Of a stretch of 26,788 bases of DNA, positions 25,106-26,788 are shown in pieces. Numbering within the stretch: position 1 is the stretch's first letter; each line of letters opens with the position of its first letter. The position numbers and the translations under genes were made by a program. Source of the DNA: a virus (lineage: Duplodnaviria; Caudoviricetes). The stretch covers positions 1 to 26,788 of the IMG/VR virus record IMGVR_UViG_3300014202_000240; one strand, written 5' to 3'. The notes beneath the pieces are model-generated. The model saw only the letters and a list, made by a program, of their open reading frames with translations, did not search any database and was not told the DNA's origin.

Positions 25106-25314
25106 TGTTCGATAATAAATTCACTAACTTAGAGATACTGTGCTTTGTATTAGGTTGGCATGGTGGAACGGTGCATCAAGTAGCAGAGAAACTTGACGTT
25201 AGTCCCGTCCGAATTCTTAATGCTTCCAAGCCCACGCTTCAATATTTAGTGAGAATTGCCCAACAGAAACGCTCTAAATATATTGACCCTATTATTCCTA
25301 AGGAGATATCATAA
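25105..25314 (+). CDS. Small protein with possible HTH
   Basis: LGWHGGTVHQVAEKLDVSPVRI. Confidence 0.6.
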   Translation: MFDNKFTNLEILCFVLGWHGGTVHQVAEKLDVSPVRILNASKPTLQYLVRIAQQKRSKYIDPIIPKEIS

Positions 25315-25685
25315 TGAATAGACAACAAGCTCTATCTAAAATTAGAAAAGCGTATGAAAATAAACAGTTAGGTTTTCAAAAAGGTGCAACTATCTGTATG
25401 TACTATGATAAGAAAACAAATAGCCATTGTGCAGTAGGTGTTTTAATAGGTAAGAAAAAATCATTAATGGATGAAGATGGAAATATAGAAGCACCTTTTA
25501 CTGTAGGTGGTGAAACTATGATAGGAGATGCTTTATGTGAAAAAGATATTACTTCTTTTTGTGGATTAAGTAAAACTGAGCTTACTCAGTTACAAAGATT
25601 ACATGATAATATAATAAACTGTTGTGAAATCAATGAAAAAGAACGTAAAGATAATTTCAAAACATACTTATATAGCTTAAACTAA
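25314..25685 (+). CDS. Hypothetical phage protein
   Basis: CxY...CAVGVLI...LQRLHD pattern; SD AAGGAG. Confidence 0.7.
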   Translation: MNRQQALSKIRKAYENKQLGFQKGATICMYYDKKTNSHCAVGVLIGKKKSLMDEDGNIEAPFTVGGETMIGDALCEKDITSFCGLSKTELTQLQRLHDNIINCCEINEKERKDNFKTYLYSLN

Positions 25686-25695
25686 AGGATGAAAC

Positions 25696-25776
25696 ATGTC
25701 ATTAGATTTATTTATAACATTTATTGTAAACTTACTAGCATTATTTTGCTTAGTTGTTATTGCAGGAGGTATTTAA
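25696..25776 (+). CDS. 26-aa transmembrane micropeptide, not in ORF track
   Basis: SD AAGGA; MSLDLFITFIVNLLALFCLVVIAGGI; TAATG-coupled to the next gene. Confidence 0.6.
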   Translation: MSLDLFITFIVNLLALFCLVVIAGGI

Positions 25777-26120
25777 TGAGTAATCTTAACCCATTATTCC
25801 ATCAAAGATATTGTTTATTTCAAGGTAAGATTGTACATGGTTGGGGTTATGCTAGGGAAACTATGAAGCCCGAATCAACTAAGTTCCTTATCCAAAGACT
25901 CACTGATACTGGTAACTACGAGTATAAACAGTGTGAAGGTTGGAAAGAATTAAAAGATGTGAAGAAGAAAGTAGACACAGAGATTGCCACTGTATCAAGA
26001 AAGATTAACTTCCTTTTATCATTACGTAAACAAATCAAGGAGCTTGAAAATGCAAACAATCCAACAGGTAGTACAGGCACCACACAAGAACAAACAACAA
26101 CCAACGTCGATAGTAACTGA
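25776..26120 (+). CDS. Hypothetical coiled-coil protein (start revised to 25776)
   Basis: SD AGGAGGT before MSNLNP. Confidence 0.7.
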   Translation: MSNLNPLFHQRYCLFQGKIVHGWGYARETMKPESTKFLIQRLTDTGNYEYKQCEGWKELKDVKKKVDTEIATVSRKINFLLSLRKQIKELENANNPTGSTGTTQEQTTTNVDSN

Positions 26121-26283
26121 TAGATTCTTTATACTACAATCGTTCGGTGATATGTATTGTATTAAAAGTATTGAACGATCTGATAACTGGCAAGGTGACG
26201 GACATTATAGAGAGTTTGTAGATGGATTCGACAATGCTATGAGTAGAGCAAGAGAACTATCTGATATTATATACGGAGTCTAG
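26050..26283 (+). CDS. Hypothetical protein (start revised to 26050)
   Basis: SD AAGGAG 26037-42 before MQTIQQ. Confidence 0.6.
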   Translation: MQTIQQVVQAPHKNKQQPTSIVTDRFFILQSFGDMYCIKSIERSDNWQGDGHYREFVDGFDNAMSRARELSDIIYGV

Positions 26284-26284
26284 T

Positions 26285-26434
26285 ATGATTGTTCAAGTAA
26301 AAAGTAATCATGGTGCTAGTATGCTTAGAATGTGGTCATTTTATAAAGCAGTAAAAATGTATAACAATGAGTACATGATAATATCGTTATCACATATATA
26401 TTATGGTTGGAGATTTAGGAGGGTTAAATGTTAG
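26285..26434 (+). CDS. 49-aa protein, not in ORF track
   Basis: SD GGAG; MIVQVKSNHGASMLRMWSFYK...WRFRRVKC. Confidence 0.6.
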   Translation: MIVQVKSNHGASMLRMWSFYKAVKMYNNEYMIISLSHIYYGWRFRRVKC

Positions 26435-26577
26435 CACAATGTATCAATGTAGAGAATTTAATTCACCCTAGACTATATATATTTTATAAAGTATATCAAG
26501 TTAGTAACGTGGTTGTTCGTGTACCTATATTAGATGATTGTCTATACACGTTTAACAAATTCAGGAGATTTAAATGA
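26428..26577 (+). CDS. 49-aa protein, probable paralog of 26285-26434, not in ORF track
   Basis: SD AGGAGG; MLAQCINVENLIHPRLYIFYK...NKFRRFK. Confidence 0.65.
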   Translation: MLAQCINVENLIHPRLYIFYKVYQVSNVVVRVPILDDCLYTFNKFRRFK

Positions 26578-26756
26578 GAACAATATCAATAGCTTTGATT
26601 ATCTACACTATAACATTACTGACAATAGGATTGTCTGCTAAGGTTGTATTAGATAATAGAGAACAGACAATTAAAAATGTAATAAAAGAAGATTACTTTA
26701 TATTGAATAATGTAATATATAAATGTGAAGGATACTTCAAGGGTTATAAGAAGTAG
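26574..26756 (+). CDS. Small membrane-anchored protein
   Basis: SD AGGAG; N-terminal TM segment. Confidence 0.65.
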   Translation: MRTISIALIIYTITLLTIGLSAKVVLDNREQTIKNVIKEDYFILNNVIYKCEGYFKGYKK

Positions 26757-26788
26757 AGGCTTTATGGAAAATTTACATGCCAGAACTT

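Noticed and set aside
23820-26104. Minus-strand track ORFs in the early region
   Set aside because: Antisense to SD-supported, translationally coupled plus-strand genes

Overview
AT-rich tailed-phage genome segment with two divergent halves. Left, minus strand (1-22086): a late/virion region with putative fibre and decoration proteins, a Hef-like endonuclease, major capsid, scaffold, portal, trypsin-like protease, terminase, M15 peptidase and a degenerate GIY-YIG protein. It is punctuated by a repeated intergenic motif, TTAACAACT, probably a phage late promoter. Right, plus strand (23584-26788): small early-type ORFs. The ~1.5 kb non-coding gap between them is the most striking part. It holds a CGCA-rich tract at a strand-skew switch and six co-oriented sigma-54 (-24/-12) promoter-like sites. 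A ~435-nt hairpin-dense RNA starts at the predicted TSS of the last site and ends in a complete type II hammerhead ribozyme just upstream of the first early gene. Several small ORFs missing from the track were read by hand, including a 43-aa peptide carrying the ArfA-like YxRKxKH motif. Family calls come from motif recognition, not database searches, and the host is unknown.
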